In this document: positions 12,044 to 26,335 of the stretch, in pieces
How positions within the stretch are numbered: position 1 is the stretch's first letter
Layout: the number at the start of each line of letters is the position of its first letter
Assembly: GCF_006345805.1 (NCBI RefSeq)
Contig: NC_042997.1
Coordinates: 40,486,001-40,550,000 of the forward strand
Source: Octopus sinensis
Taxonomy: Eukaryota
Direction: 5' to 3'
Length of the DNA: 64,000 bases
The notes under the pieces: model-generated
The model's database searches: none
What the model was told of the DNA's origin: nothing
What the model saw: only the letters and a program-made list of their open reading frames with translations
Position numbers and translations under genes: made by a program

Positions 12044-12754
12044 TACCTGATAAATATGTTTTGTATAATTAGAAAAGGAAACTGCGAATATGACAATAAA
12101 ATATCATTATTCCTATCATAGTTAATGTCGCAGAATTTGATGCGTTTGTTGTCTTATAGACATTTATGGTGTAGATCTACTGATTTTAAGAGAAAAAACA
12201 AAACAAAAGCAAGACATACAGCATGGTTACTTCGATCATTACAACTCAAGACATTGTAGGTATTTCAAGTGGCAAATGCTCAGTTTACTGGTATTTTTAT
12301 TTCAGTTCACAAATACAATCTAAGAATGTGGAAAGTCTCCTATTAATAATACAGGATAAATTTATATCTAACCGGTAAAAATAAGACAGCAATTCCTTAA
12401 GCGTCCCCTCATATTTAGCCATTTTGTTGCTACAGACTGGAATTTCTCTATAACACCATTGTCAAGAAAATGGCTTTCAAATGACTCACACCATAGAAAC
12501 TCAAATATGTTGCAATATTTGAATATCTAATCTTAATTTCGATAAAATCGACCCAAGTTGCGTGGCCAGATCCATCAAGCGATAGGAATTGTTTGTCCTC
12601 CTTAGATTATCTCAAAAAAAAATCTATCTATCGATCTGTTGGTCTGTTCATATGCATATTATTAATCAACTTGCATGCAAATACGTAATACAACATAAGA
12701 AGACAAATCCCTGCATAAACAGAAGTAAAACCAGTCTGACTATATATATCTCAC

Positions 12755-13205
<451 letters not shown>

Positions 13206-13699
13206 TCTACGTATTTATTTGTATACAAATAAATACAGTCAATATACACGACGAAAACTTATAATTATATTTACAAAACTTTCACTCGCCACCATCTATT
13301 TCTTCACTTACGCAGAATATACACATGCTTGCACACTGACCACTATTAAATCCTAATTTCTAAATTTAACGCCGCAAAAATAGTTGGGTATGTTGGTATA
13401 ATTGGTAGCACACTTATGGCAAAACGAAGAGGAGCAGGTTCAATTATTAATTATATTAAATCTTTTTTTTTTTTTGCCGTGGTTGTATATGCCCCAATAT
13501 TAGACTTGTTTTATTTACAAAAGATTTTCACTTCCTTAATTTATACAGGATACGCATATGTGTGTGTGTGCGTGTTTGTGCATGCGTGACTGAATATATA
13601 TATATGTGTGTGTGTATGTGTGTGTGTGTGTGTGTATGTGTGTGTGTGTGTATGTGTTTGTGTGTTCATGTCCACGTTCATGTTCATTCTTCAGAGCGA

Positions 13700-14110
13700 C
13701 AATGACCACATATCTCTTCTAGGGATGATTTACGTTTGTGTGGTGATGGATTTGTTTAAAATGAAGTCAAGTTGCCAACCGCCAAACGCACTTTCTCCCT
13801 TCTGTCACCATCTTCATTTCATTGGCCAGACCAGGTCAAGACGACATGGGAGAGAGACAGATGCAGTGGATGATCAAGATATCTTACTTGTCTCATCTTT
13901 CCCTCTGCCTTCACAATGCGTTACTGTAGTCGCCTTCCTCTTTGACGACGGTTTCTTCCGCAGAGTCCGCTGGATCCAGACTTTACATGTATAGTTAGGC
14001 AAACCCTAGCTGGCTAAGAGTTACATGCCCCTTGGCTACCCTTTCCTAGTTTTACCCACCTGTCGAAGTGGTTGTGGTTTATCGGTCTGTTGCCGCCGTT
14101 GCATGGAAAC
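13700..14110 (-). mobile_element. GC-richer block, possibly a LINE 5' region or other interspersed repeat
   Basis: Composition shift between microsatellites; no diagnostic protein motif recognised. Confidence 0.25.
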
Positions 14111-14353
14111 AGATATTATGTATCACAGGTTGGCAAAGGCGAAGCATGAAATTTCAATCAGATCAGGATTACTAATAAATTTTATTCTGTTAAATGTATA
14201 GAGTCCCTTCATCAGTAAATGGCTTGCTGCTTTCTGCAAGCTCATCAACATTACGAGATACATAATACACACACACACACACACGCACACTCACACACAT
14301 ACACGCCCCCTACACATATGCACACATGTACGCACGCATATATACACACACAC

Positions 14354-14580
14354 GGCGAGCTGGCAGAAACGTTAGCACGCCGGGCGAAATGCCTAGCGGT
14401 ATTTCGTCTGCCGTTACGTTCTGGGTTCAAATTCCGCTGAGGTCGACTTTGCCTTTCATCCTTTCGGGCTCGATAAATTAAGTACCAGTTACGCACTGGT
14501 GTCGATGTAATCGACTTAATCTATTTGTCTGTCCTCGTTTGTCCCCTCTGCGTTTAGCCCCTTGTGGGTAGTAAATAAAT
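14354..14580 (+). mobile_element. tRNA-derived SINE family B, full length
   Basis: Head GGCGAGCTGGCAGAAACGTTAGC, GGTTCAAATTCC B-box-like, core CTTTGCCTTTCATCCTTTCGGG...AAGTACCAGT. Confidence 0.92.
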
Positions 14581-15586
14581 ATATATACACACACACATGC
14601 ACACACACTCGCACACACTCACGCACGCATACACACGCGCGCGCGCATTAATTCGAAACTAATGGTTCACTCCTTCGCTACCCTAAGTTTCTTGCATGTT
14701 TTAGTGTAGTCACTATTGGGCTGTACGAATGCATACAGAGCAAAACTAGTGACGGAATGAATCATCATCATAAAACGAACAACTATTCCTTACCCTTGCA
14801 TGTGTTTGATGTCTGGCTGTCTAATTTGGGTCCTATCAATTTGAGCGAACTCTTTACCCGCACCAGAAAAGTTTTTTTAAGTTAGAAAGAAAATGTCTTT
14901 ATTGAAGAGTGGAGCTTATAATTCGGGAAGTCGATTACGCTAGCATTTAGACACAGATACACATTTAGTCAGACATTGTATTGTATCAATCAATTCTTTA
15001 TAGCTTTTGCTAGCAATAAATGAAATTCTGAACACGTCGTTCTCCGTCCATTTATATATATATATATATGTATATTTATATCTCATTTAAAATATCTCAT
15101 TCATATAATATATTTACGTCATGCAATAACGTCTTCTAATTTAGCTCATTTGGGATATACTCGTAAAGGCTGAATTATTACCCGAAGTTTATTTTGATAT
15201 TACTTAGCAGAGATATTCTAGCGTTGTAAATCTCATAACTACGACTATATTATATAAATATATATGATAAATATCTTTGAAATTTTTCTTACCTACTTAA
15301 AGAGTAAAATCAGAGGAGCGGAGTATTCAATATACAGAGTTTCGCATAATTTTTCCTTCTCCTAAGTTCACATATCGTGAAGATGAATATTTCTTTATCT
15401 GGAATATTAATGAAAATGTATCCATATTTAGTTGTATTTGTAGTTGGGTAATCAGTGGCTTGTCGAATTTAGTTAATGTGGATCATTTGTTAGAAAGTTA
15501 TATATGAAGTCATCACAATATTTCTGATTCGTTTAGGTAAATAATTAAATGACTAAAACTACCGTATTGTGAAGGTTTGTCCTTAC

Positions 15587-15672
15587 CTCGAGATGTCAGC
15601 CTTTCTTGAACAGTAAAACCACCTACGCCATAACTTGGGTCACTCGAAAGCGCATACGTCTCGAAGTTGTTT
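15587..15672 (-). CDS. Candidate 86-nt exon (NNFETYALSSDPSYGVGGFTVQERLTSR)
   Basis: Acceptor TTTCCTATACTGGTTCTTTTCAG, donor GAG|GTAAGG; only one frame is open. Confidence 0.55.
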
Positions 15673-16018
15673 CTGAAAAGAACCAGTATAGGAAACTCTA
15701 GTATTGCTATGGATACCATAATTTAATCAAGTGACCATTTAGAAAGTGGACTTAATCCTATACACCTCTAGTCTTTGAATATTCAAACGTTCAAACCTTC
15801 AATCCTTGCTATCGATGAGAAAACAGTTATTATCAGTTCGGTTTTCCGTTCCCTGTCTCTGATCACAGTCTTCACATTTTTTCATCCCATATACTAGAGT
15901 GCTAACCTATACGTCGGTGCGTATCGCATGAGAAACGACTCTTTCTGAGCATTCACTTTCTTTTTCAGTGTTAGCCTTATTTTGCCAAAGGAGAGTACAA
16001 ATTGTCATAATTCGGTCA

Positions 16019-16434
16019 GAGCAGGAGTGGCTGTGTGGTAAGTAGCTTGCTAACCAACCATATGGTTCCGGGTTCAGTCCCACTGCGTGGCACCTTGGGC
16101 AAGTGTCTTCTGCTATAGCCTCGGGCCGACCAATGCCTTGTGAGTGGATTTGGTAGACGCAAACTGAAAGAAGCCCGTCGCATATATGTATATATATATA
16201 TATGCGTGTGTGAATTGTGTGTCTGTGTTTGTCCCTCTAGCATTGCTTGACAACCGATGCTGGTGTGTTTATGTCCCCATTACTTAGCGGTTCGGCAAAA
16301 AAGAGACCGATAGAATAAGTACTGGGCTTACAAAAGAATAAGTCCCGGGGTCGAGTTGCTCGATTAAAGGCGGTGCTCCAGCATGGCCGCAGTCAAATGA
16401 CTGAAACAGGTAAAAGAGTAAAAGAGAGTAAAGA
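16019..16434 (+). mobile_element. SINE family A, full length
   Basis: Same head, internal microsatellite and tail as 7588-7993. Confidence 0.95.
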
Positions 16435-17379
16435 GCTCCTCCTAAATAATCTTCTGAGGGCTTATCAAAATTATCACTATTGTTTCAGAGACAATAGTAT
16501 ACGATTTTCCTTCTTGCTTCTTGTGCAAAATCCTCGGGAAAAGAAGCACTTTTTCTCACGATATACAGCTTCTATAGTAATTCCGGTACAGAAGCTGGCT
16601 CATATTATTTACCTCTCTGTGACCATGCAGTAAGTGTTTATGTCGCTTAAAAACGCTTATATTGTTACAGATGTTGTTCTTTATATTCCTGGAATTCATA
16701 TTGTTTGTATTGTTGTTCTCGTTGCTCTTGTTGTTATAACTATTACTGTTAGTGATAACGTTAGCATCTGCAACGGCGTCAGCAAAAGGATACCACTTCC
16801 ACACGTCTGCATTCTACGTCTGTTCACAGTGTTTATATTGTTGAATTTAACATTTTCAACACTGTTTGTTTTTTTCTTATTGTGTAGTTGTTCCTGTTTG
16901 CACCTCCGTTATTTGTTCATCTGACATATATCACATATAGTAGGTTCTACCTGTCTGTTCACGTCATGTATATCGTCTGTTTTTTCTTTAATTCTGTTTC
17001 CGTTTTTCAAAATAAAAGAAAAAAAACAATACGGTGGAGCATTAGTGTCATTTTCAACACTCCTACTATCATTGTGGCCAACACCCCCGACTGCTACTTC
17101 TGATGTTATGATGCTGATGTGAAGAACGAAAACAAATGGCCTTTTGCCAGATAGAAAACATAGCTAGTAAGCAAAAACAATGTCAAAACAAACTTTTCTC
17201 CCGCATCGCAACGGGGTGGAGATTTAAGATATCCAAGCTTAAACTTTACTGCCCATAACTTCAATTCATAGCAGAAAGCAAAAAGTCTGTTTCGTTAAGT
17301 AATGCAAATAAGATCCTCCATTGTAGCACTGTGAAAACACGTCTTAACCACGATAGATGTGTTTTCATAGAACTTCAAT

Positions 17380-17455
17380 GAGATGAGGATGAAAATGAGG
17401 AGGATGACGGTGAAGAGGAGAATGAGAAGAAGGATAACGATAATGATAATGATGA

Positions 17456-17520
<65 letters not shown>

Positions 17521-17685
17521 GTGATGATGATGAGGAGGAGGAGGGGGAGGGGGAGGGGGAGGAGAAGGATGATGATGATGATGATGAGGAGGAGGAGGAG
17601 GAGGAGAAGGATGATGATGAGGAGGAGGAAGGAGCAGGATGAAGATGATGATGAAGATAATGATGATGATGATGATGATGATACG
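17380..17685. repeat. Compound (GAT)/(AAT)/(GAG) microsatellite
   Basis: Direct reading. Confidence 0.95.
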
Positions 17686-17849
17686 AAAAATATTGTCTAT
17701 GTAATCCCCCAAAAGATAAATATGTAAACATTATCAAAAGTGCTTTTAAATGTACGTAATAGCAATCATATTTCATAGTCATCTTAAGAGTACAGTATCA
17801 TCGTATAATCAAATCACTTTTAAAACAAACTTCTAATTTTGTTATATTT

Positions 17850-18035
17850 TGACAGACATTCATCTAGAACTTCGTGCAAAACCCAAAAATATGGCACCCT
17901 AGTCATAACACCAACTTGAACTTCTAACTTGTTGTCGCTTAAGGTCTCTGGATGAGACTTGGAGTCAACTTGTACAAATACAACTTGTTCATATACAATT
18001 CGTACAAATACAAACAAATACAAAGCAAATATCAA
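17850..18035 (+). mobile_element. 3' UTR fragment, probably of an R4/Dong-type LINE
   Basis: GGTCTCTGGATGAGACTTGGAGTCAACTTGTACA, shared with 41035-41128, which is followed by (AAT)n. Confidence 0.5.
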
Positions 18036-18191
18036 GGGGAATATAAAGGAAATTGGAATAGAGCACCCAGTAGTTCTGTAATCAGATTAAGTATTAGATA
18101 GCATGGCATCGTAGGCTGCAGGTAGTAAGCCCGCTACACATGCAAGCCTCCAGGAGCTCAAACGAAACTTGTGATAAAGAGAAATAATAAC

Positions 18192-18267
<76 letters not shown>

Positions 18268-18284
18268 CTGCTTATGATGATGGT

Positions 18285-19160
18285 AATAAGTCGAAATGCT
18301 GATGCAACAACACAACAATGCCTGAGAAGTTCAGGACTAAAAGCAGAGATTGCCGGTTTCATATTGCCGGCCCAAGATCAAAGCTTGCTTACCAAAAACT
18401 ACCGGCCTAATGTTCTTCAAAACGGTTCTGACACTAAATGCAGATTCGGCAACACATTTGACGAAACAATAGACCATCTCGTCTCGGGATGTCCTGTGCT
18501 GACACTAAACGAATACAAAAAATCGCCAGGATAGGGTAGGGCAATATTAACATTGGAAAATATGGAAACACTACAAAGTCAACACTCCTGCTTACAGATA
18601 TGAACCTCATTCTGAGCCAGTCGTTGAAGGTAAAAATGTCATTAAATACAGATAAGAAAATAATTGTAGACTAATAGATATAAAGTTCCAGAAAGTAAGA
18701 AATATAAGATGTTGTGGGACTTTAACATTCAGACTGACAGAGTAATAGAAGCTAGAAGGCCTGATTTGATAGTAGTAGATAAAGAGAATAGAAAGTGCCA
18801 GATAATTGACTTTATAATCTCAAATGCCGAAAAGAAATTAATATGGAAAATGGAGAAAAAATAGCAAAGTACGAAGAACGAGCTATTGAGTTACGGAAAC
18901 TATGGAAACTGCGGGTAAATTGTATCCCCGTAGTTGGGAAGTATCCATAAAGATCTGAACAGATGGTTAGGGGAAATAGGCATGAAACCCAGTTTAGTAC
19001 AGCTGCAGAAAACAGTGTTGTTAGGGACAGCTAAGATACTTCGGAGGCATTTACTTGCTGTAACCCATTAGGAGGATTCTTGACACCTAAGGCTACTTGT
19101 AGCCTGATGTTAGTATTCTTGTCTTTTCTAGATGTCTAATCTTTTGAGTGTATATGAATA
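18285..19160 (+). mobile_element. R4/Dong-type non-LTR retrotransposon 3' fragment (zinc knuckle plus REL endonuclease)
   Basis: CRFGNTFDETIDHLVSGC knuckle; LWDFNIQTDRVIEARRPDLIVVDKENRKCQIIDF; LQKTVLLGTAKILRR; followed by (AAC)/(AAT) tail. Confidence 0.9.
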
Positions 19161-20226
19161 ACAATAACAACAACAACAATAATAATAATAATGATGATAA
19201 CAATAAACACAACCGAAACTATTAACTTTTAAATGTCATCTGTCTACATAACGTATATATACCATTGAAAGTCATACTGCTGTGGTTTTTGTCCGTAAGA
19301 AAATCACTTCATAGATGTATAGAGTTAAAAATGCAATATGCATCGGAGCGAGATCAACGTCGTCTCAGCTGAGACTTACTAGAATATGAGACTCATTTCC
19401 ACCTCCTTGGGCTTTGGTACATGCTTGAACGACTCATGTACGGAGTTGCAAATGTATATAGAAATTTCAGCTTGTATGTTGGTGTCTTCAGTATATAATA
19501 CAACAGATTTTTGCGTTTTTCAGTTGTGATAATTTCCCTACATGTTTTGGAGAACTGGTACTATTTGGCCTGAGAGAAAGTTTAATCCAGTTCTGTCTTT
19601 TCGTAAGCAGAGGTATAAAATTTTTCTCGTTTCTCTCTCCCTGATGATTTCCCGCGACAAAGAAATGCTGTTGCATTTTAAACAACTTTTCAGTCTACAC
19701 TTTATTCTTTTAACTGTGATAGATCTAAAAATAGCGTCCGTTCATTTGGTATTGAAAGAAGTTTTGTTATCACACAGTTACTATGTAAAAGGACCACAAC
19801 GTTAGAAACGGTGTAAGAGGTGCTACTACTATTGCTGTTGTTGTTTCTATTTCTGTCTTCCAAATCACTCATTTGAGATTTCAGATGTTTTTTATTACTT
19901 TTTCACAGCATTATTCCTTTTCTTCTTCCTTTGTGTTATAATTTTGTGTTTGGTTTTTAGCCGTTGTCGTCTCGCATTTTCTTATGAGGTAGACATTTTG
20001 CATATGAAAATATATGTAAATAAAATTCTCAGACTTTGTGGAACAAACCTCTTTCGCTTTCCAATGTCTACCCGAGGTATCGAGGACAAGCTTCCTGAGG
20101 CATTTATAACCCTTTTCTCAAGTACCCCGGAGAAAATTTCACTTCGAAAGGCTTCAATGAAATGCATTTCGAATCGAGAAACTAAAAGACTTCACACTAC
20201 AAATTAAGTATAACAACAACAACCGC

Positions 20227-20280
<54 letters not shown>

Positions 20281-21453
20281 TCTTATTTATTGGCCGTAAG
20301 GATTCATACATACAATGTTTTACAAAATGACTCGAAGGGCATTGTGCAAATGTACAAATAGAGCTATATAAAAACGAAGGATGGAACAAAAGTTTTATGC
20401 AATATATGGAGACATTAAAAATATGAGACAAACAAATGCATAGAAAAAAAGATTCCTTTAACATCAATAGTCTAATAAATTTATATATTATATTTTCCAA
20501 TTAGAAAATGGAATATACATACGCAGTAATTCATTCTTAACTTCCGATATCATCAGACAATGGCGTCTTAGAAATTCTTGCCAAGAATGAAATAATCACA
20601 GAACGTCAAAATTCTATAATGAATTTTCAGAGGAATACAGAACACTATTATTATTATTATTATTATTATTGTTGTTGTTGTTGTTGTTGCTGCTGCTGTT
20701 GTTTTTGTCATTATTATTATCACCTTTTTTTTCTTCTGTAGATTGCAATAATTCTAATGGGGGTTGTGACATTTGCTGTCCTATCGCTGTTTTGTTGTAT
20801 TGGTTAAAAACGTGTAAAAACAACTATGCATCTAGCATTGAATTAATAATACTCATATATGAATTACATATTTGAGTCAGAGAAACCAAAATATCGTCGC
20901 TAAGAGAATATAAACTCAGGAAATGCATCAAAAATATATGTAAAAACTAATTCGTTCTATACATGGTATGAAGCTAAGAATATATTTGTGCGTGACTAGA
21001 CATAAATGCTTGTATATTGAAGTGAGGGGATAATCATTACGTGTGATAAAGGGTCATTTCTGAAGCATAGGAATGTGTTGGAATGAAATTACATAAAACC
21101 ACGATCGAAGCCTTGAGACACTTCGAAGTTAGCCAGCCTCTGCGGTGCGCATCGCTATACGTATGTAATATATTGCTGAAAACAGAATCGATATGTCAAT
21201 GGATATCAGATTCTCTACGTACCTTTGCAGCCGTAGTCCAGCGGTGAAAACCAATAACAAACCAGAAGAATTCATATTCCCACAAACAAATACACACACA
21301 GACACAATCATGTATGTATATATATATATGAGTGTGTGCGTGTGTGTGTGTTTGTACATCTCTGCGCGTATCTGCGTGCGTGTGTATGCGTATATGTGTA
21401 TATACATATGTGTATGCATATGCATGCGTGTGTGTACATTGATGCCTTCGTGC

Positions 21454-21509
<56 letters not shown>

Positions 21510-21728
21510 ATATACATACATACATACACGAAGTTTTGTGAGTGAACAGGTCGAGGTTTCAAAACGACGAAAATATTTTGATAAAAATTAAATTTAAATG
21601 TTGAAGTGAATCGAACGGTTTTTTTGTGTGTTCTTAACTGGCTTATAAATATCTTCCACGCAGCAATTGTTTTTGTTCCAGCGCAGGATCTCACATTAAG
21701 TCCCTTGCTATGCAAGTTCGTCTCCGAA

Positions 21729-21770
<42 letters not shown>

Positions 21771-21781
21771 CAATATATGAC

Positions 21782-21975
21782 CGCGTGTGTATCGTTGGCG
21801 ATCTTCTTTCTCCGTCTTCCCTTCCTTGGACCTTTCATTTTTCTATGCTTCTGACGAAGAGCTCCCCTCGAAACGTTAAATCCTCCTTCTTTCTTTCCTT
21901 TCCTGAGCGTCCAATAACACTATACTTGTTCCACGTCCTCGCGTTGTTGTGTTTTCTCTTTGTTCATGTTTGGTG
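21782..21975 (+). mobile_element. Penelope-like element terminal fragment with minimal hammerhead core
   Basis: CTGACGA-A-GAG(ctccc)CTC-GAAA-CGTT at 21851-21877. Confidence 0.55.
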
Positions 21976-22015
21976 TAACTACACACACACACACACACAC
22001 CACACACACACACAC

Positions 22016-22062
<47 letters not shown>

Positions 22063-22084
22063 TATATATATATAGTAGAATTTA

Positions 22085-22212
22085 CAAAAAAAAATCAACA
22101 AAAGACGAAGACGGGTGTGTAAACAACAAACAGATGTATTAGTTTAACGCTCGGGAAGTGAGAAAGTCTACGCTCTTCGATAGAAAGGAACCAGAAAAAA
22201 ACAGGGAGAGAA
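22085..22212 (-). mobile_element. Penelope-like terminal fragment related to 1561-1700, ribozyme core deleted
   Basis: Shared CAAAAGACGAAGAC...AACAACAA...GTATTAGTTT.ACGCTCGGGAA. Confidence 0.55.
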
Positions 22213-22980
22213 AATAGAGAAAAAAAATATGTGTGTGTGTGGTATTTTGACTGCAGATCAGTTTTCTTCTCCTTCTGAACAGTGGACTATAACTATTTCA
22301 GTCATATTCAATTAAGTAGATTAACCACGACTCATCAATCAACATGTCTCTTGTTGAAGTTTCTCACTAAATCTCCGGTTTTCGAGAATGTACTGACTAC
22401 TTTTCTGGGCGCTTTTATTTTACTTAATTTCATATCAGGCCATTACTTGCTACCTGCTTTTCATTACTTTCTAACTTAACTTTGTTGCTTTGTGTAATTT
22501 ACTTGACCTATCTGTCTGTTTGTTTGAATGCATCCTACCTTAGCTTTTCTTCCTACCTATCACCTAATATATCGCTATTTCTGTCTATCCATCGAATCAC
22601 ACATCTACTGTTCAACAACGGATGTAACTGATCTACACAGCTTCCAGTTTACGCACTACATAGTCCGATATTAATTAATAAATATAAGGATATCCTATCT
22701 CACGTGTTGCATACTTTAAGTGGCTTCCATCAACAGATATTCTTTACATAATCGTTACACATTTCTTAACGAGCTAACAGAATCGTTAGCGTGTCGGACA
22801 AAATGTATATGACGGCATTTCTTGCGGTTCTTTACATTCTGAGCACCAATCCCGGCGATATCACTTTCAGGATCGGGAGAATGAAGTACGAGTCAGGTTT
22901 TGACTCCTCCTCTCAAATTACTGACAGTGTGCAAAAAAAAAATAAATAAATAAAATTGTAACCATTATTATTACGTATAG

Positions 22981-23220
22981 TGGAGGCCCTTGGCTTAGGG
23001 GTTAGGGTGTTGGATTCATGATCGTAAGACTGGTTTCGATTCCTGGACCGGGTGACGCGTTGTGCTCTTGAGCAAAACACTTCATTACACGTTGCTTCAG
23101 TTCGCAAAGCTAGCAAAAATGAGTAACCATGAAACAGAACGGCGTTCCGTCCAGGTGAGGAATATATATGCCATCGAAACCAGAAAACCGGCCCTATGAG
23201 TCTACATGACTCGGGGTGGG
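22981..23220 (+). mobile_element. SINE family D
   Basis: Head TGGCTTAGGGGTTAGGGTG...GGTTTCGATTCC...TTGAGCAAAACAC. Confidence 0.8.
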
Positions 23221-23569
23221 GGTCTTTGCTTTTTTATTATTACGTACCTAAAAGACGGCGAGTGGGCAAAACCGTTAGCTCACCGCTTGACTAAAAAGAG
23301 TAATGACCGATGATAGGAGGATATAGGATAGGGAATGACAGAGAATTTTGCTTTCATATTCACCAAAGGGTATTTTCGCCCCTTTAATTGAACATACAAA
23401 AAAAAAAAACTCCCACTTAAAATGACCGAGAAAGTAACAGAGCAATCACCACGATAAAAGACCGCACCACCAACAACAGCAACACCACGCTCACTCTGAC
23501 TCAATACCATTAAAGCGAGATCCAATAACAGTAACAACAACGAACATCTAACATAAACGCCGCTGCCAT

Positions 23570-23725
23570 CATCACCACCACCACTAGCACCACCACCACC
23601 ACCATCGCTGCCGCCACCACCACCAGCACCGCCACCACTATCGCCACCACCACCACCACCACCACTACCACCACCTAGCACCACTAGCACCACCACCACC
23701 ACTGTCGCCGCCACCACCACAACCA
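23570..23725. repeat. Degenerate (CAC)n microsatellite
   Basis: Direct reading. Confidence 0.95.
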
Positions 23726-23999
23726 CCGTTTTAATGATATCAAGAAGTGTCGAAGGGTGAGTCTGCACCGATCAAAATAAGAAAAGAATGTACCCAAAGC
23801 CTCTACCACCACCACCATGTTCACAGTAGCCATCATCTGTAGTATTAGAAACAGCACAACCACTGCCACAATCATAATCGTCAATGGCACTAGTTCAATG
23901 GCTGCAATACCACAGCTGTAGCCAGACTTTTATTCACATCATTGATATTACCATAAACAACACAATTTCATCTCATTCTTCAGATTCATATTGGATATT

Positions 24000-25600
24000 T
24001 GTTTTGAACCTCTCGGGGTTGACTTATTGATGGTCTGAGCGGCAATCTTCGTGGCTGTTTTACTATTTCATTCCCCCAGAGTCTATAGAATAATTGTTCT
24101 GATTGAATTTTTTTAATTCATTCAAGTTATTGCTGACAATATGAACTTATTACTGAAACAGTGTTGGTAATGTTTCCCCACCTTCCTCAAAGTTCTCCAC
24201 AAACTCAGACGTTGTTATATAATTGTTAGCCTCCCTGAAGACGGGAAACCTTTTTGTTGTAATGATTTAGCTATAGGAGTTTTTTGTTTTCAAAATACCC
24301 CCAATCTTCGTTTCTTTCTACATTTGAGTGCTGAACTCTAAATGTAATAGTATTCCTTTTTTCCAATTTAGTATTTCTAAGTTACTGGACGTACACTTAA
24401 AGATATTTTAACTCCAACTTGTTAATGCATTAGCTTAGCTTTTCTTTCACTTTCCAAATTAATTTCTGTCTAAACTATTAAATTTTTGTTATAATCTATC
24501 TAGATCATTATTAACTCCTGAAAGTTTACTAGTAAGGTTTTGATCTAATTCTCTTAGATGTCTCTTTATCTGGTATTATATAAGTTATTTTATTAATTTT
24601 CCTGTCTTCATAGTGGCTTTAGTAAATTTTTAAAACCTAGTGATATGTAAATTTACTTTCTGAATTCGCCCATATATTTGAATCCAGACTGGCTTCGCAT
24701 GTTGGTAAAAGGCGTTAGAACCACCAGAAGGATTTGTTTTGTTTTCACAATGTCTGTTTTGTTTCCATTTGTGCAAATGTCTTCAATTTACTTATAGTAT
24801 ATTTGATATATCTGATAGCTACTGGTGCTATCTGACTGGTTAATATTTCTAGAATCCGCAAATAAAAAATACGGCATTAGCCACGGGACAGCAAGCTATG
24901 CGATGCTCAAGCCCTTCTATCAGCTATAATCTTCAGTTGCGGCTTTGTTGCAAAGTAAATAATCTCCATTTCCCAAAAAAAAAAAAAAAAAAGAAAGAAA
25001 ACTCTCTAAATCTGTCTCTTATTCCTTATGTTACTTTTCTCGTGTCAACATTCATCCTTTCTGATAAAAATGATGGCAAGTTCTTTGATAAATCTTTCAA
25101 TATTTTAGGAAGTAGGTTATGGAGCTGTAATTTTGCGATATTGATTTTGCTAAGCTTTAGGTATTGAGAAGATGACATATCGAGATATTTCAGGTTTCAT
25201 CTTTCCGATTTCCTTCCTTGCTGTTCATATCTAATACCTTGCTTACTTCCATATTATTTGATTCCCAGGTTTTCCTACTGTTTTTTTTTTTGTCTCTTGT
25301 TTTTGACATTCTGAATCAAGGCGTTCCATACGCTGCTCATACACTTATCAACAAATAGTTTACTTCTCTTGCTTGTAGTATTCTATTGATTTTACTTTTT
25401 TTCTTAGTTTTTGGAGGCACCCGGTGTACTTTATCCAAAGAAACTGTTTTCCCACAAGGACACATGTCTTGCGATTCAGTGAGACAATTTTACCTTAGGT
25501 TTTCTTTCGTTACAAGTTCCTCCGTTTCCTTATTTTTCTGTAATGTCTTATGAGTTTTCTTTCTCAAGCTCAATAATGAGTAAAATATTAATTTCCTTTC
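24000..25600 (-). mobile_element. Highly decayed L1/Tx1-like LINE remnant
   Basis: Minus fragments SGRLTII*, NELKKIQ...RLWG and KTVSLDKVHRVPPK loosely resemble L1/Tx1 post-RT and ORF1 motifs. Confidence 0.35.
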
Positions 25601-26114
25601 TTATTTGTATTTGGAGTTTAGTTTATCGGATTTTGGTGATACTTATATATATATATATATATGTTTGCTTCTAATATATCTCATAGTCTAGCCTGCATTT
25701 TTTATTATAGTAGTCGCCGTTGTATCATTACGTTTTATATTTCGGAATGAAAACCATTCCATATATTTTCATTTCTTGATTGCTTTCGTATTTAAATGGT
25801 CAACTTTACTTCTTTCTACTTTGATCTTGTTTGATCGTGTTTTACATTTAAGTGTATTCATATTTTCATTAGTATGGTTCCAATGTACTTTTTGCTGGAC
25901 ATATTCAGTTTGTATGGTATTTGATTTTAGTTTTTTCTTTGTCTCTTTTGTCGGTTCTATTTGCGCTAGATCCCTTGTTACTTGCGTTTTCGAAATTTAT
26001 CATTTAAATGGTTCCTTTATTCATATTGTTTCTATTTTTAATGTTATTTAAATTGAATTTTTATTCTTTTATGTTCTCTGTTTCAATTTTGGGTATATTT
26101 TCCCCTTAAATATG

Positions 26115-26335
26115 CTCATCATCATCATCATTGTTCGACCGTGGTCGAGACAATGGAATTTACCATGCTACGCCAGACTTCACGGTACATCGTGGCATTA
26201 CGGAGGTCCTGTTGCTGGATGCCTGTATCCCTGCCTAAATAGCTGGGATCCAATCTATTTTCTAAAAGAGAACTATTTTCCTCCAGAGTGCGTTGTGGAT
26301 GTTCCGATGGATTCAATATGAGCAAAAAGTGTAGC
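26115..26335 (-). mobile_element. RTE-type LINE 3' end with (GAT)n tail
   Basis: DTGIQQQDLRNATMYREVWRSMV resembles the RTE C-terminus and is followed directly by a short repeat tail. Confidence 0.65.

Noticed and set aside
16556-17130. Possible coding exons on either strand (N-rich ORF, IITSEVAVGG segment)
   Set aside because: Splice signals are weak or conflicting, and the composition derives from degenerate (TTG)n.
21130-21300. Minus-strand donor at about 21220 and acceptor at about 21177
   Set aside because: The implied intron is only 47 nt, and no upstream acceptor was found.
23283-23289. 7-nt minus-strand micro-exon candidate (TCAAGCG) that could join the exon chain in an alternative frame
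   Set aside because: Good splice signals, but too short to distinguish from chance without RNA data.
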